The notes under the pieces are model-generated. The model had not been told where the DNA came from. It saw only the letters and a program-made list of their open reading frames with translations, and made no database searches. 64,000 bases of DNA from assembly GCA_977020255.1 (NCBI GenBank), contig CDROCS010002739.1, positions 124,001-188,000 of the forward strand, read 5' to 3'. This document shows positions 23,097 to 36,045 of the stretch, piece after piece. The DNA comes from Obrimoposthia wandeli (taxonomy: Eukaryota). The position numbers and the translations under genes are program-made. Every line of letters begins with the position of its first letter. Position 1 is the first letter of the stretch.

Positions 23097-23780
23097 TCAG
23101 GAGAGGTCCGCGCTCGAGTAGAAGAGGCACTCGGCCAGGGCACGCGCTGACTCGCAGCCGCTGATGGACAGCTCGAATAAGTGGGAGTGTCTGGCGGCTA
23201 CAAAGTGACGCGCAGACGGACTGTGCCGACAGAGGTTGCGGAGGATCATAGCCGACATGTACCGAATGTGCTTGGTGACGGGACCTTCTCTAACGGGACC
23301 TGGTTCTCTGGTTACGGCTGGTGCAGATGGCTGTTGGGGACCGGCGCTGTGCTGGTACAGCTGCAAAGTTGGCTGTGGCCGCTGAGGTTGGATCGGCTGT
23401 GCCTCTGTGGGTGTCAGTGACAGCAGTCGCATCGAGGGCTCCTTCTCAGGCGGCTCAGCAGCAGCGGTGGCAGGGCTGACTGGCGGCTCCAGGGACTTTG
23501 GCTGCTTCTCTTCTTCCTCTGGTTGCTGCTCCTGTTTAACGGTGGGTGCGCTGCTTGTTACCGGGGTCGGTGGTGGTGCTGGCTGTGGTGCTGGCTGTTC
23601 CGAGACCTGACCCTCTTGCTGCGCTGGTTGCGGCTCGTGCTGCGTGTCAGTCTTCGAGAGGCGCGCCTGCCGTGCGGACTCCAGATCGACATTGTTGCAG
23701 TGCTGCTCATTGACGTGGTTCAGCAGCGGCAGCGGTGTGCGCGGCGTCTTGTCCTTGCATCGCGCCCACAGGCACTTGCT
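23097..23780 (-). CDS. ARID2: ARID2 coding exon 16 (second C2H2 finger and C-terminal helices, stop)
   Basis: TTGCAG| phase 0; SKCLWARC...LLNHVNEQHC and REGPVTKHIRYMSAMILRNL...ESARALAECL match human EGPVTKHIRLTAALILKNI...EASSTLAKCL. Confidence 0.95.
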   Translation of the reverse strand, partial: SKCLWARCKDKTPRTPLPLLNHVNEQHCNNVDLESARQARLSKTDTQHEPQPAQQEGQVSEQPAPQPAPPPTPVTSSAPTVKQEQQPEEEEKQPKSLEPPVSPATAAAEPPEKEPSMRLLSLTPTEAQPIQPQRPQPTLQLYQHSAGPQQPSAPAVTREPGPVREGPVTKHIRYMSAMILRNLCRHSPSARHFVAARHSHLFELSISGCESARALAECLFYSSADLS

Positions 23781-23887
23781 CTGCAACACACACGAAAGTT
23801 AGTGAGCTTAGTGAACACTATATGAAAATATTTGTTATTTTGCTTTTACTAATTGGACATTTTAATTTTAAATGGTTGTTCGCATTA

Positions 23888-24816
23888 ATTATGAAATGTA
23901 CTTATAGTACTTGGTGCGTTCAATAAATAATGACACAACAATGTTTATTATAAAACAATGAATATATATAAATAAAAATACATAAGATATTATAAGAGGT
24001 CTCCCGATACTGCTAGAACACCATTTAAATCATCCAATAATTTATCATATTGATGAATAAATTTTTTTAGTTATCCATTTCAAAGCATGAAGGAAATTTT
24101 TCAATTCCTCCGAATCATCAAAATTTTAATGATTTATTTTGGATTCTAATAAGCTAAAGAGCTACCTATCCAATAAATTGAAGTCAGGCGAATATGGAGA
24201 TTGTTTTTGTTATTCAGCCATTCTGTAGCACATTCTATTCTTCGTTCCTTTTGTTTTTCAGTTAAAGCACGAGGAACCCAGTTCGAGCATACACATTTCA
24301 AGCATAACTCCTTGTGCAGGATGGAATAAATTGGAACAACACTAAAATCAGTTTCAAAGAACAATTCACGAATTGATATACGACTTTTTTCCACAATTAA
24401 TTCATTAACTTTGGCCACGTTAGCTGGAACTTTCGCAATTGGAGGTCTTCCTGATTGATGAGTATCATCAAAAGATTTCCATTTGCCTTGTTCTAAGTCC
24501 TTAAAGGTACAACAAACAGAAGCACGTGAAGGTGTTTTTTCTTTCCACGACTCTACTAGCATATCATAAATTTCGGTTTTACTTCTTCATTTTCGGAGCA
24601 TGGTTTCAATAAAAAATCTGTAATTTTCTTTACCAGATTCCATTTCCTTTTTTACACATTATCTATAGTTATAAAAATAAACTTACCGGTTCAACGAAAC
24701 TATTAATATTAATAATATTATATATTTAAATAGTTCGATATATATTTAATATTATATCACCTTTAAAAAACAAATTGTCTCAATATTTATTGAACACACT
24801 AAGTACATTTCATAAT
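23888..24816 (-). mobile_element. Internally deleted mariner element in the last ARID2 intron
   Basis: Inverted termini (...TACTTGGTGCGTTCAATAAATA / TATTTATTGAACACACTAAGTA...); SGRP, RISIREL and CSNWVPRALT mariner motifs in ORF 24146-24562. Confidence 0.85.
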
Positions 24817-25254
24817 GTGATTTTTAATTTGACTAATCAAGTGACTCTGTGTTGATAATTTAGGTCCACGTGCTCGTGTGCTTGTTTTCTGGGCTTATGT
24901 TTCTGTGTGTGGATGTCTGGCTATAAAAGATTCAAACATTCTGTTTTGATCGTCAGTCGAGTGATTTATGTCGAACTTCTATGTCGTTAGGTTTTTGGTA
25001 CGGGTAGTCCGTTGTTGGATATGACATACATTCAAAGTTGGCAAGGATTTATGGTGGGAAGCATTACAACATCGTAAATTGGAATTATTCATGTACTATA
25101 TGTTGCCAGAGAGCAAAATTGATTAATCAGATCATCTGTAGGGCAATATATGCATGTTTCGTGGTATTCAAATATTGTGTTCAGAGGAGCTTCACTACAT
25201 CCACTGGTATGAAGATTTTCTAATAAGTCAATATTTATGATCTAAAAACATTTG

Positions 25255-25660
25255 TCAGGTTATAAATATTTTCCCACAGGCCTTACCACTGACGAGGGGA
25301 TGTGTAAGCCCCCGCCTTTCAAATTCACAAGCATGTGGCTGGAAGAGCAGAAGACTGGTCCCAGTCACACACTTAAGCTTCTTCTTAGCATGACTCCATA
25401 ACTCTTGAATGCCTTGTGTATGAAACCCAGTACCAGGCTCCATAGAATTCCGAGAATGATTAACCGTCAACTGTCCATAACCATATGGCTAATTCACAAT
25501 GTTGTATGCGGCTCCTTGATGGCTGTAAGTCATAGATTCTAATGCAACCCATGATAAATAATTGGTAGTAGGGTTTTGGCATTCTGCTTAGTTACTTCCA
25601 CAAGCAATGCAGTTTCAGGTTGTTTTTCTTAAAGACCCGAAACATCCTCAATCGCAGGAT
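25255..25660 (-). mobile_element. Merlin (IS1016/IS1595-like) transposase remnant
   Basis: TVNHSRNSMEPGTGFHTQGIQELWSHAKKKLK is the Merlin TVNHS..FVDP.TG.HTQ.IE..W motif. Confidence 0.8.
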
Positions 25661-25997
25661 TATCAGCTACTCATTAATAAATATTTTATGTTTGATATAT
25701 TTTAAATTTAAGACGCTAAATTACACTATTGCTTTAAATGTTATCCTTGGAAAAATTGGTCTTTGTAAACCATAACTTACGATTAAATGTAGGCATGATG
25801 ACGGTGGGATGACGATGTGATGACGGTGGTTCAATATGATAAGTTGCGATATTTAATTTAGTTTGTTTTATAGTTTTAGTAAAATCAAACTTAATGCATT
25901 TGAGAGTCAAACAATTATATTTAAAAAAATTAGAAGTATATATTGGGTTACACACGGAGCACAGAAAAAAGAGTGTCAGCAAATCAAGTAGACTCAC

Positions 25998-26223
25998 CTC
26001 TACCTCGGTGCGCAGGGTCATGAAGTGGTTGGTGTAGACGTGCCCGTACACCTTCTGCGGCTTGTCAAAGCTCAGTAGGCAGTTGTCCCACTCGCATATG
26101 TACAGATACGGCAGGTTGTGAGGTCGCTGACTGTTGTAGCTGCGCGACTTGTTGGCCCCAGTTGTTGAGCGCACGCCAAACACGCCGCCGCCGCCGCGAG
26201 CATGCGAATTCCGGTACCGAGAC
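25998..26223 (-). CDS. ARID2: ARID2 coding exon 15 (first C2H2 finger)
   Basis: CACGCAG| phase 2, GAG|GTGAGT; YICEWDNCLLSFDKPQKVYGHVYTNH vs human [26 protein letters not shown]. Confidence 0.92.
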
Positions 26224-27499
26224 CTGCGTGCACCGGATACCAGGGTCAATACAACACAGCAGCATCTACTGCTCATTGCAGCGTGACAATGATATTTGCA
26301 AAACTATCACTGTAGTGAATATTTTGGTCAATCTGTATAATTTCGTTTTTGTTACCTTCCAAATACGGCATGAAGAACACTGTTGTCCTCTGAGTGTATT
26401 TGAATAAACGGAGAAATTCTCTGTCGATTGATTGAAAACATAAAACAGCACAATAAAGGAAGACAGTTATCATATCCGAAGTGACATTGACATTTCCAAT
26501 ATCCTATTTGGGTATTGTTGCAATTGAAAACAGCGCGATAATTTCAAATGTTGATGAACATAATATACAGTCATTTATTGTATGTTTATTGAAAATCAAT
26601 AAAATTTTATTAAATTTCCCAAATCTTATTTCGTCGTGAGAAATTAGAAGCAAAAATTTGAAAACTGTTGAACGTCAGAGTTGGAACCGACTAAAAATGT
26701 TTGGCTGACAGGTATATTATGAAAAGTCTCAAATTAACATAAATTACTACTTTAATTTTTAAGTAATATATTGTGGTATAAATTAGGTTAAACTTAGAAA
26801 TTACAAAATTAATTACAGGAAAAGAAAAACCATGTTATCTGAATGAAAAATATTTATCTAAATCTTGATAACATATAGCACATAAAAGGTGTTCGAAATA
26901 TAAGTTCCTTTGTTCCAGAATGTTGGTTAATCAGAATGGCGTTGATTCAAAAATGTTTTTTAAAACATGAAACTCAATTCGATTTTAGTCTGTAGAACAA
27001 AATAAATTGGATGGCTATTGGAATATACACTTCTTACTGGTATCCACCACAAATTTTCAATTTGGGTATATATATCGAGGTTTTATGACGCCAAACACTT
27101 TCTAACACTTTCGTTTTATTATCAGAAAGTCGGGTTTAAGTAACATTATAAATATGGATAATTATGTTGAAAATTCAATATAAGCTTTTGGTAACTGGTA
27201 GTGAAATATTAACCTTTTTGAGAATCATACACTATTTTATATAATCATTTATTACTCATGCATAACTCAGCATTACTGAACCCCCTTCATAAAGTATTCA
27301 GGGTTTTTTCAAAGGTCATGCAAGTAATATTCACAGCCATATGGTATATTCAAATTAAATTTGTTTCCATTACTAAATATTATTTCCTTCAATTCTGATC
27401 AAAGTTAATAATTGAGCTGCCAAATTAGCTTGAAGCGTCTTGTATTTTATGTATTGATACCTTTTTAGAATCTGTGTACTCTTCTACTCTTGGCCTGCT

Positions 27500-28060
27500 T
27501 CTGATACCTTTTCAAAGCTCAAAGGGAGTAATTTTCAATGTAAGCACCATTGCAATCAATACATGTCTTCCATGTCTTCACCAAGGCCTTGATTCCATCC
27601 TCGTAAGATTAACTAGGTTGATGTTTAATCTCCTCTTTGATTTCGGAATTACTCTCGCCTAGGGAGTTGGAATTTCTTACACGTAATGGAGCTTTGAATG
27701 CCAAAAATGAGAAAGTAATCCGATGAGCTAGATCCGGAGAGTAGGCAGTATGTGGTAAGTTCTTATCCCAATTTTTGTATCCTTAATGCCGTATGTGAGA
27801 TTGCGCTGTCATGTTGCATGTTGTATTTTACACGGTTGATTTGTTGCACACCTTAAGGTTTTCATGCAATATTTGGTGTACTGTAGCAGTCCCTGGTTCA
27901 ACATGAGTAGCCCATGTTGTATCAATCAATTTCCGAACGGCCTCAATATTTTCATCAGTGCTTGAAGTTCTGGGATAATCACATCGTTCAGTCACTTAAT
28001 GACGTTTTACTTCTTTAAAACGTGTAACCCAATCATATACGGTCGAATGTTTCATTTCTG
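27500..28060 (-). mobile_element. Mariner remnant
   Basis: TVYDWVTRFK, PHTAYSPDLA and WKTCIDCNGAYIE motifs with stops. Confidence 0.75.
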
Positions 28061-28285
28061 CTGTGCCAAAAAAGATGAAATAATTTTCTTGATATATCGA
28101 CGGTTGAGGATCCCTCCTTCCAAATGGGAAATTCTTCTGCTGTAGCGTAGCATTTTCTATTTTCCCAATTATGTAAGGAAACAATCCACAAATCACTTGG
28201 TTTAAAGTAGCTTTTGACAAACCAAATTAAGAACTTTCAATATGGATCACGAATTGGAAGTAACACAAACTTGTCGAATCCATAC

Positions 28286-28612
28286 CTGGTCCTGCCGAGC
28301 GGGATGGAGTTGTTGCGCTTGCTGCTATTGGTGGCTGCAGAGGGCGGCTGTACTGGGGAGCTAGTGGTTGTTGCCAGTGGGGAGCTGGGTACTCGAGCTG
28401 GTCTGCCAAACAGTCCGGCAGTGGCGGGAGCAGCAGCGACAACAGTGGCAGACACATTCTTGTCAGATGATTCCTGAGTGCCTCCGTCGCTGCTGCCATC
28501 AGTGCCACCATTCACAAGACTGTCACAGTGCACCGGGGACACCGTACTCGAGGAGAAGGCACGCATCTCTGAGTCAGAGGCCGCTCGACTCCCGACCTCA
28601 TCATTGCAGTGG
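28286..28612 (-). CDS. ARID2: ARID2 coding exon 14 (low complexity)
   Basis: ATACTCAG| phase 2, AG|GTATGG donor, GC-rich island, frame compatible with exon 15. Confidence 0.85.
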
Positions 28613-28899
28613 CTGAGTATCACATTAAAAAACATTCAACATTTCAATCATGTAAAACATGCAACAGTCATATTAAAAAATTAATAAGAAAATATCTATC
28701 TACTGAGATAATTACAACGCCAACGAATTTTATTATTACATTTCAACTTATCAATTAAAACGCTTGCAAACATTTGAAATCAGTCAGTATTTTATTCAAA
28801 TTAAAGAAAATTGCTTTAATAAAGCTCAAATTTCTACTGATAAATTCCAGATACCACAAATTATCAAAAATATTACCCAAATATCTTATCGAGCCTGGT

Positions 28900-29088
28900 G
28901 CAGTGAGCATGTATATGGATATTAGGAGTAACGTTGATGCTTGTAATTTGGTCAAAATATTCTCAAATAACAAGCAGAGTGATGGAATATTTGAAATTTA
29001 TACTCCGAATCTTTACAACAATTTATTGATGAATATAAGAAACTGTAACAATGCTGAAAAATTCAAGAAGCAGCTGAAGACTTTATAA
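28900..29088 (+). mobile_element. LINE (CR1/L2-type) 3' end remnant
   Basis: YTPNLYNNLLMNIRNCNNAEKFKKQLKTL resembles the conserved P.LWN.LP..IR...FKK.LKT terminus. Confidence 0.6.
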
Positions 29089-31199
29089 TTCAGAAAATAT
29101 TACTAAGAGAAAACCAAAGAACTGTCAAATATTAGCGCTACATTAAATATATAATCATCAATGCTAAAATGGTACATGGTAGTGTCAAATCTTTTTGCAA
29201 TTAGACCACATGTAATTAGTTTTGCAATCTGTTAAAAATTTATTATTAGTTTTATAATCAATTGAACGGGTATTTTGCAATTTTGTCTGAGGAATGTGGA
29301 AACCAGTTAAGAACAGCTTCGAGAAACGTATGAAGAATTACGTTCAGATAAAGATCCAATTTACAGATATAAGTGATTTCAAATACTATAATGTATTAAA
29401 AGCTGTGATAATAAAAGACTGGGACTTTCAATTTTATGTGAAAATTTAATGGAAAATGAAAGGAATTGTTTGAAATAAATCGAAAATTCAAATTTCTTCA
29501 AAATATAGTAACATAAGGCAAAAGTCAACTTTCCTTGTTCATTTCAGCAAACAGGAAATTATCCACAAACGAACATTACCGGAAAAATATCCCGTTAAGA
29601 TTTCAAAACCACGATTTTATTCATGTGAAAGTCAATGTTTAAGATTCTTATTTTGGGATTATAAGTAAGTAATCAATGCAAAGATAACAGAAAACCGTAT
29701 ATTTATTTACTGGAATCAACTACAAAATACTTTGTAAAATTCAAATATTTAGTTTTAAAGTCGCCTGCATATTGTTATAATGTCATAGAAATTGAAACTT
29801 CAACTTCATTTAATTTGAGAAGAAATTAAGATAATAAAAGACTGGCAATTCAGAGATATAAAAATGATAGTGTTTTTGGGGTACATGTATAGAAGCTTTA
29901 CAATAGTTTCTCAGTAAAATTTGTTGACTTATATAGGCCTTAGAAAAATAATTTTTACAATTATTAAGGAAGTGACGTTATATTAAACTTATAAATATAC
30001 TGTATTGATCAAAATAGATCATATAGACAATAATTATTTGATAATACTAAGTAGTTTGACATACAAGTTTTGCTTCTTAATGTTTTTTCATTTGGTTTTC
30101 TTACAGAGCTGCAAAGGGTTTTTAACAGTATTTGGCGCATCGGGCAACTTCACACGTAATTAGCTGATATGAATTTTTCATGGCACAACTTCTGACTACA
30201 ATATTTGGAAGTGTTGTTGGATGAAAGTTAGCTTAAAAAATCATTTAATGCTAATTTGTATGTAGACTAGTAGCCAGAATATTTCCCTGGTTAGGGCGGA
30301 ATATAGAAATTCCATTCAACAGAAAACCTTCGACCAGTCATATGTTATGGTCATTTTAATTGTGGAGGCCTGTTGTATTAAGAATTTGGTCAATTAGCGC
30401 TTTGGGTATCGGGATATGAAAAAATTCAGTGTATAACGTGGTGGAACGCTGATATATTAAACACTTCTAATAGCCAATATTTAGAAACTACCCAAGCAAC
30501 AAGAAGGTAGTAACTAATGATGATTTATACAACAAAAGCACACTTAACTAAACTCCATTCTCAATGTTTATGTCTATATCGAGTCGCAGGTGCCTCTCAT
30601 AAGTTTATTTGGCCTATTCTTGGACATTTGTGGAACATCTTCAAATTGATTAATGCGATTTAACTGAGAAAATAGTTTATTATCCATGCATAAATTTCAG
30701 AAATTTATACGCTAACCGTTAAGGACTAATCTAAGAAATAGTGAATTTTTAATATCTATTTTATATATTAGGCAAATAAACTGTTAGCATGTGTTTTTTA
30801 AATATTCCAAATGAAATAAATTATGACTGTAAGAAACCAAAATTTCAAATAAAAAGCATTATATTTCTAAGAAGGAGCAACTGTTACATTTTACAAAAGA
30901 ATTCATGTTTTAACACGTAAAGCATCGTTTGGCATGGAGGATGGCTACGACTTATCGACCTTGACCTAATTCACTATAATAATATCAAATAAGAATTCAA
31001 TTGGAAACTCTTTATACATATATTTTTGCACGCTATACTGGATTGTACCAAACACTGGGATTTCAATTTAGTTATCGTTGAATGCTCTGTCGCCTTGATT
31101 ACAATATTAAAGAATTCACATGAACATGTCGATGTTGCGATTTTTTTTACACAAAGTAAGACATTGTAGTGAATTCCAGACTACGCATCGAAAGTATCA

Positions 31200-31780
31200 A
31201 ATTGAATAGCAATAAACTTGTCCTGCGCTTTTACCAATTTTCGAAATGCTTTTTCAGTGCTTTTAAATCTTGTGAACGCGTCAGTTATTCTGTACTGTTG
31301 AAATAGAGGATACCATTTTGGTTTCGTCCTGCAATTGTCCAATGAAGTGTGCCACCTCCAATATTGTCAATAGGTTTGTTGTATGACGAATTTGAGGATT
31401 TTCAATTGTACACGGTCCCATTGAAGGGAAAAGTGCACTCGGCACGGAATGCCATTTTACAGAGAAATATAAAGGCAGTTCTAACGTGTTTTTTCAAAAT
31501 CAGACAGAACTCCAATCGTTGATCGTCATGCTCATCGTAAAGTTCTAAGGAGCACACAAACAGCAATTAGCTCAAGAAGTCGTCCAACTTTGACTCTCCA
31601 ACTTCATCGGACAATCTATCACCGTTGTTACTGGTCTCGCTGATCTGGGATGATGGTCGGTTACTGAACCAGTTTCAAGTAAAGGGATTTTAAAAAAGTA
31701 AAGAAACCTCGAACGTTTAGCTACCTTTGTCAAACTTTTGAATGAAATCATCGAAGCAGTTTTTAAAAACATTTTGGTAA
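31200..31780 (-). mobile_element. Tc1/mariner-related transposase remnant
   Basis: ETGSVTDHHPRSARP (xTGSVxD..RSGRP) and degenerate F.DECTF.LNG.V motif. Confidence 0.55.
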
Positions 31781-32634
31781 TAACTAATCGATCTATTTAA
31801 AGTCAACTAAATATTTATCAACTAAAAATTATCTGAAATTAAAATTTATGAAGTTTAAAATTAAAATAAATGTAGGATTCAAATCTATTCACTAGTTTAT
31901 TCATTAACTCATTTTTTTTTAAAATTATTAACTTTCAAAAAACTTAGTTCCACGAATAAGAATATTAAGATTTGTAATCATAATTTGACGAATGCATCAT
32001 ATAACTGTCGGTATCTATTAACAGATTCGACTTTTAAAATACATTGCTTTGCCATGTGCCAAATATCCATCTGAGGCGGCGGTTCAAACGATTCTGAATG
32101 ATACCCAAAGATTAATATTTGAGTACGAAGATAATACGACCACACGGGCAGTGCGGGCATTGGGCTCATGTCAATGTGAAGAGGCCTCGAGTGAGAATGA
32201 CTTACTTGGAACAGATCTTTTCTGCTTTGCAAATATATGAAACAGTGTTATTTGAAATAAATCCGTTGGTAAAGTTGATTTTCGTATCTTCCTCCAACTT
32301 CATCTTCTTGTTGCGACAGTTCAGTTGGTCATTTTCTTTCTCCGTGTGACCGTTCACGATCAGTTGCCTCTTTAGGTTCTTCTGCAAATCGAAATATCTA
32401 CTTCATATATGAATATCTGAATTAGCGTTTAAAAAGTAAGTCACCCTAAAATAAACTTACAAGCACCTCACAGAAATAATAACGGCAATTTCGTAAGTCT
32501 ATTATTACGAAAATAACCAGTGTCCATCAAAATATGTTACAAGTATGATTAAAAACTCAATAAAAAGTTCAAAATTCGTTAAATTCTATAAGAATTTCTG
32601 ATGCTGATTTCAAAACTTTATTTTTTTTACTATC

Positions 32635-32871
32635 TCATCTAGATTTTTGTAAAAAAACAGTTAGTGGCGTTTTGGAGATGGTGGTAGTTAGTAATCTGAT
32701 ACCTTTCGCAGCCTTAAAATGGATTTTGGTGCGGTTAATTTTGTCATCAATGTGATTGAGTGAGAAAACACGGTTGGTTGAATTTATAATTTTTAAACGA
32801 AGTGTGGAAATTATATGTTTTACATGCATTTGTGAGGTAGGGGATAAAGTCAAACCTACGTTTGACTTCAT
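32635..32871 (-). mobile_element. Non-LTR retrotransposon RT C-terminal remnant
   Basis: GLTLSPTSQMHVKHII.TLR.KII...KI.FKAA pattern. Confidence 0.5.
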
Positions 32872-33175
32872 TATAAGTATTCAAAAGATGGGAAATAAAT
32901 CTTTGTAACTATACCAATGTGTATATATTTATTAATATACAGTTTCTTTATGTTAATTGTTGGTTAAGAGTTTATAAAGAAAGTAGTTATGCCTATTTAA
33001 TCTATGATTTATTACTCAAAAGTGCCCTCTGTTTTATTATTATTCTCATAAAATTTTCTGAATAGTAAAACTATTTCTTGAATTTTTCCACATTCTTAGA
33101 GTTCCTTATATATTTTTTTCTTCTAACCAATATGCAGTCATCATCGTTGCCTCTACAATGCATCTACATGCTCAC

Positions 33176-33198
33176 GGCACCAGGCTTTCTTCCATAAC
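33176..33198 (-). CDS. ARID2: Candidate 23-nt ARID2 microexon (coding exon 13)
   Basis: CCCAAG|GTT ATG GAA GAA AGC CTG GTG CC|GTGAGC; the only phase 0 to 2 linker I found between exons 12 and 14. Confidence 0.45.
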
Positions 33199-34039
33199 CT
33201 TGGGAACTTATACTGTATTATATAACTTTAGAAACATATCTGTCAAAGTGATGCAGTTAAACAAAATAAGAAAATAAAGTTGAAAGAAAAATATTTATTT
33301 CAAATACATTACTGGCCTAACGTATCGTTGAAATTTCTTTAGTAATTTAAATGTGTTAAACGATAAGAACAACTGGAAAGATTTAACTAAGATCACAAAA
33401 GTTTGTTATCCAAATAATTACAAAATATTTTTCGATCAAAATATAGTTTTGCAACCTAAAAATACGTTCTTTAGTTCATCTTGATCTACAAATATCTATT
33501 CTTTTAATTGTCTCTTGAGCAGTCAGAACATATGATATCTCTTGGAGCGAGATTGGATGCGAAGAAGAATATTTTAAACTATGACATGATATCCATCAAA
33601 ATGCGATTAGAAAACAATTAAACAGTCATTTACAATAGTATACGTATATATGGACTTGTTAACATCGACTCTTTTTCAACGATCCTTAGATATAAATTTT
33701 CTACTTTGTTTATTTGGATGACGCAATAATCCCCATATGTAGTCTCCCATCATGGATTCATACCATCTGCCTTAATATCATTTTTCTTTTTCTGCAATGT
33801 CTCGATGGAATCACTAGCCATGCTCTTCACTTACATCGCTTAAGTTATCTTTGGAAAGTCTACATGTAAATGAAGATAATGAGTTTTTAATTTCATTCTG
33901 CATTGAGGTTCTTCAAAGCATATTATCAGATCCTCTATTAAATCTGTAATTTTCAATACACACACAATAATTCGTATGGGAAAAGTAGTAGTTTAAATGA
34001 AACTGTCACACTCCAAATGCCAAGATGTATCCAGCAAAC

Positions 34040-34284
34040 CTGTAGCGTGTTGTGGTCGCTGTTGTGGATGTTGTTGGGTGTTGTGCAGTGATTTTGAGCA
34101 TTGTTTATAGTAGGCACATGATTGATGGTGGTGTTGGAGAAGGGCACGGCAGCAATAGATGCGGGTGCCACATTGTCAACTGTGGCTTGAGTAGTTAGTG
34201 AAGGTTGTGGGGGCTTGGTGTCGTTCTCAGTGCAGGGTACCCGGTTTTGTTGGACCGGTGAAAGTAGCGACTTTGCTTGTTTAG
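34040..34284 (-). CDS. ARID2: ARID2 coding exon 12 (low complexity)
   Basis: ATATGCAG| phase 1, CAG|GTTTGC; open frame TKQAKSLLSP...DHNTLQ. Confidence 0.8.
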
Positions 34285-34713
34285 CTGCATATGGTGACAG
34301 AAGATTTTAATATATAATAATAATCCTTCAAATTATTATCAATTACATAACTAATCTCTCTCCCTTTTAACAAAATAGCTTTTTTCTAGTCTAAATTATG
34401 AAAATGATATTGAAAAATTTCAATCACATGATCAGAAAACACATTTTCATATACGTAATTACGAGTTGTCCTATATAAGAAGTTTAATTAATTATTAAGT
34501 CAGATAAGTTACAAAAGCATGAATTGCTTGCATTGATTTCTAATATTGTTGCGCATGTGAGCCAAACATTTCAGCTTACCATTTAGAAAAATTCGATTAT
34601 CTCACGAAGTCATTTAACTCACCAGAACTTATTAATAAAGGTTCTCTAAACATCTGTATTTCATAATCTGTATGGGTAATATCATTTTTCATAATACTCT
34701 CTTCAGTATCTAT

Positions 34714-35038
34714 CTAAACTAATTTATTTGAATACTGTTTAAAATTGACATTTTTGTAATTTCTTTTTTTAGAATTTCTTAACCAATCATTGTTCCTAAT
34801 ATGCATATACATCTTCCCGGCTCCAGGCTTGAATAGATAACATTTGAACTTTTGTGCGAATACATTTTTTGTTAAAAAGTAGGATCTTAAATTCAATTCT
34901 GGCAATGATCGATAACCAATAAAGCTTCATAACATTCTTTTTTGTACTATCACTTTTCTTTATTTTGAAAGTAATTCTGACGGCTTGGTTTAAAATTTCA
35001 TGAATATGATTTAATTGAGAAGTTTGAATATTAAACAA
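34714..35038 (-). mobile_element. CR1/L2-type LINE remnant
   Basis: ILNQAVRITFKIKKSD...LYWLSIIARIEFKILL is the L2/CR1 LHWL.I..RI.FKILL motif. Confidence 0.7.
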
Positions 35039-35802
35039 TAAAGAATTTAGATAATTGAGTTTGGGGTAATAATTGTAGTTATGTCAGTAGTAAGGTATTT
35101 TATAATTAAATAATTATTTGCATATTCTTATCACTTTTTTGATCTCATAATTCATTACAAGATTTTCATCAAAAAGTCTTTATTTTGTTAAATTGAAATT
35201 ATTTAAAATAATTTAGAAAATTATATCATAATCCTACATTGTTATTTATATTACATTATATCAAAGGTATCAGGGATTCCTAACCTTTCTGCGATCGGCC
35301 CTACCTAACACTGCTTCAAATAAATCTCGAACTTTCTTTTTCTTCAACTTAAATAAATAAATATAAGATACAACATAAAGTACACAACATTTATTAAAAT
35401 TGATTTTGTTGTTGACGATTACCAGCTAGAGTTTGAATGTTTTGTTAGATCACAGCGTCATCGCTTTTTCTTTCCAATCTCTTTGCTTGAAGAACAATTA
35501 AATGTGCAAATCTTTCTTCAGACAATATGAACTAAAAGATAAGTCATTTTCAAAATAAATGCCGTAATCTTCAATTTGCCTAACACAATGATTATTTTAT
35601 ATTATCTACAATACCTGCATACATTTAATATTTTTAATATAGAACATTAGTATATTATGTTTCTGCGTACCTGGAACATTTCTGAAACCCTCACAAGTAC
35701 ATTTCAATAATCATGTAACAAGTTAGAATAATGTGAAAATTTCCCCATTTATTTTTCCTGTTTCTTTTATTTGACTCGAAAGATTACATTTCAGGAACTC
35801 AC

Positions 35803-35930
35803 TCGTCGAGTCGAGTAAACAGTCGAGATCGTCTGACTTGGTCACCGACTCCTTGAGATTGAAGTAGTGAATTTCCGAAGGCCCACCCGGTATCTGGAGT
35901 TGGACTAGTTGGACTTGAGGAAACAGCACT
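35803..35930 (-). CDS. ARID2: ARID2 coding exon 11 (end of RFX-like domain)
   Basis: CTCTACAG| phase 2, A|GTGAGT; RVLFPQVQLVQLQIPGGPSEIHYFNLK vs human RTVFPN...HIHVVGVK. Confidence 0.9.
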
Positions 35931-36045
35931 CTGTAGAGAGATAAAGGACTTGATGTTACACTGCAGTAAACTCATTGCAAAGTCTATTAATTATGACATC
36001 GATTGATAATTTTAAATGGAATTCAATATGGAATTTGAGACATAC

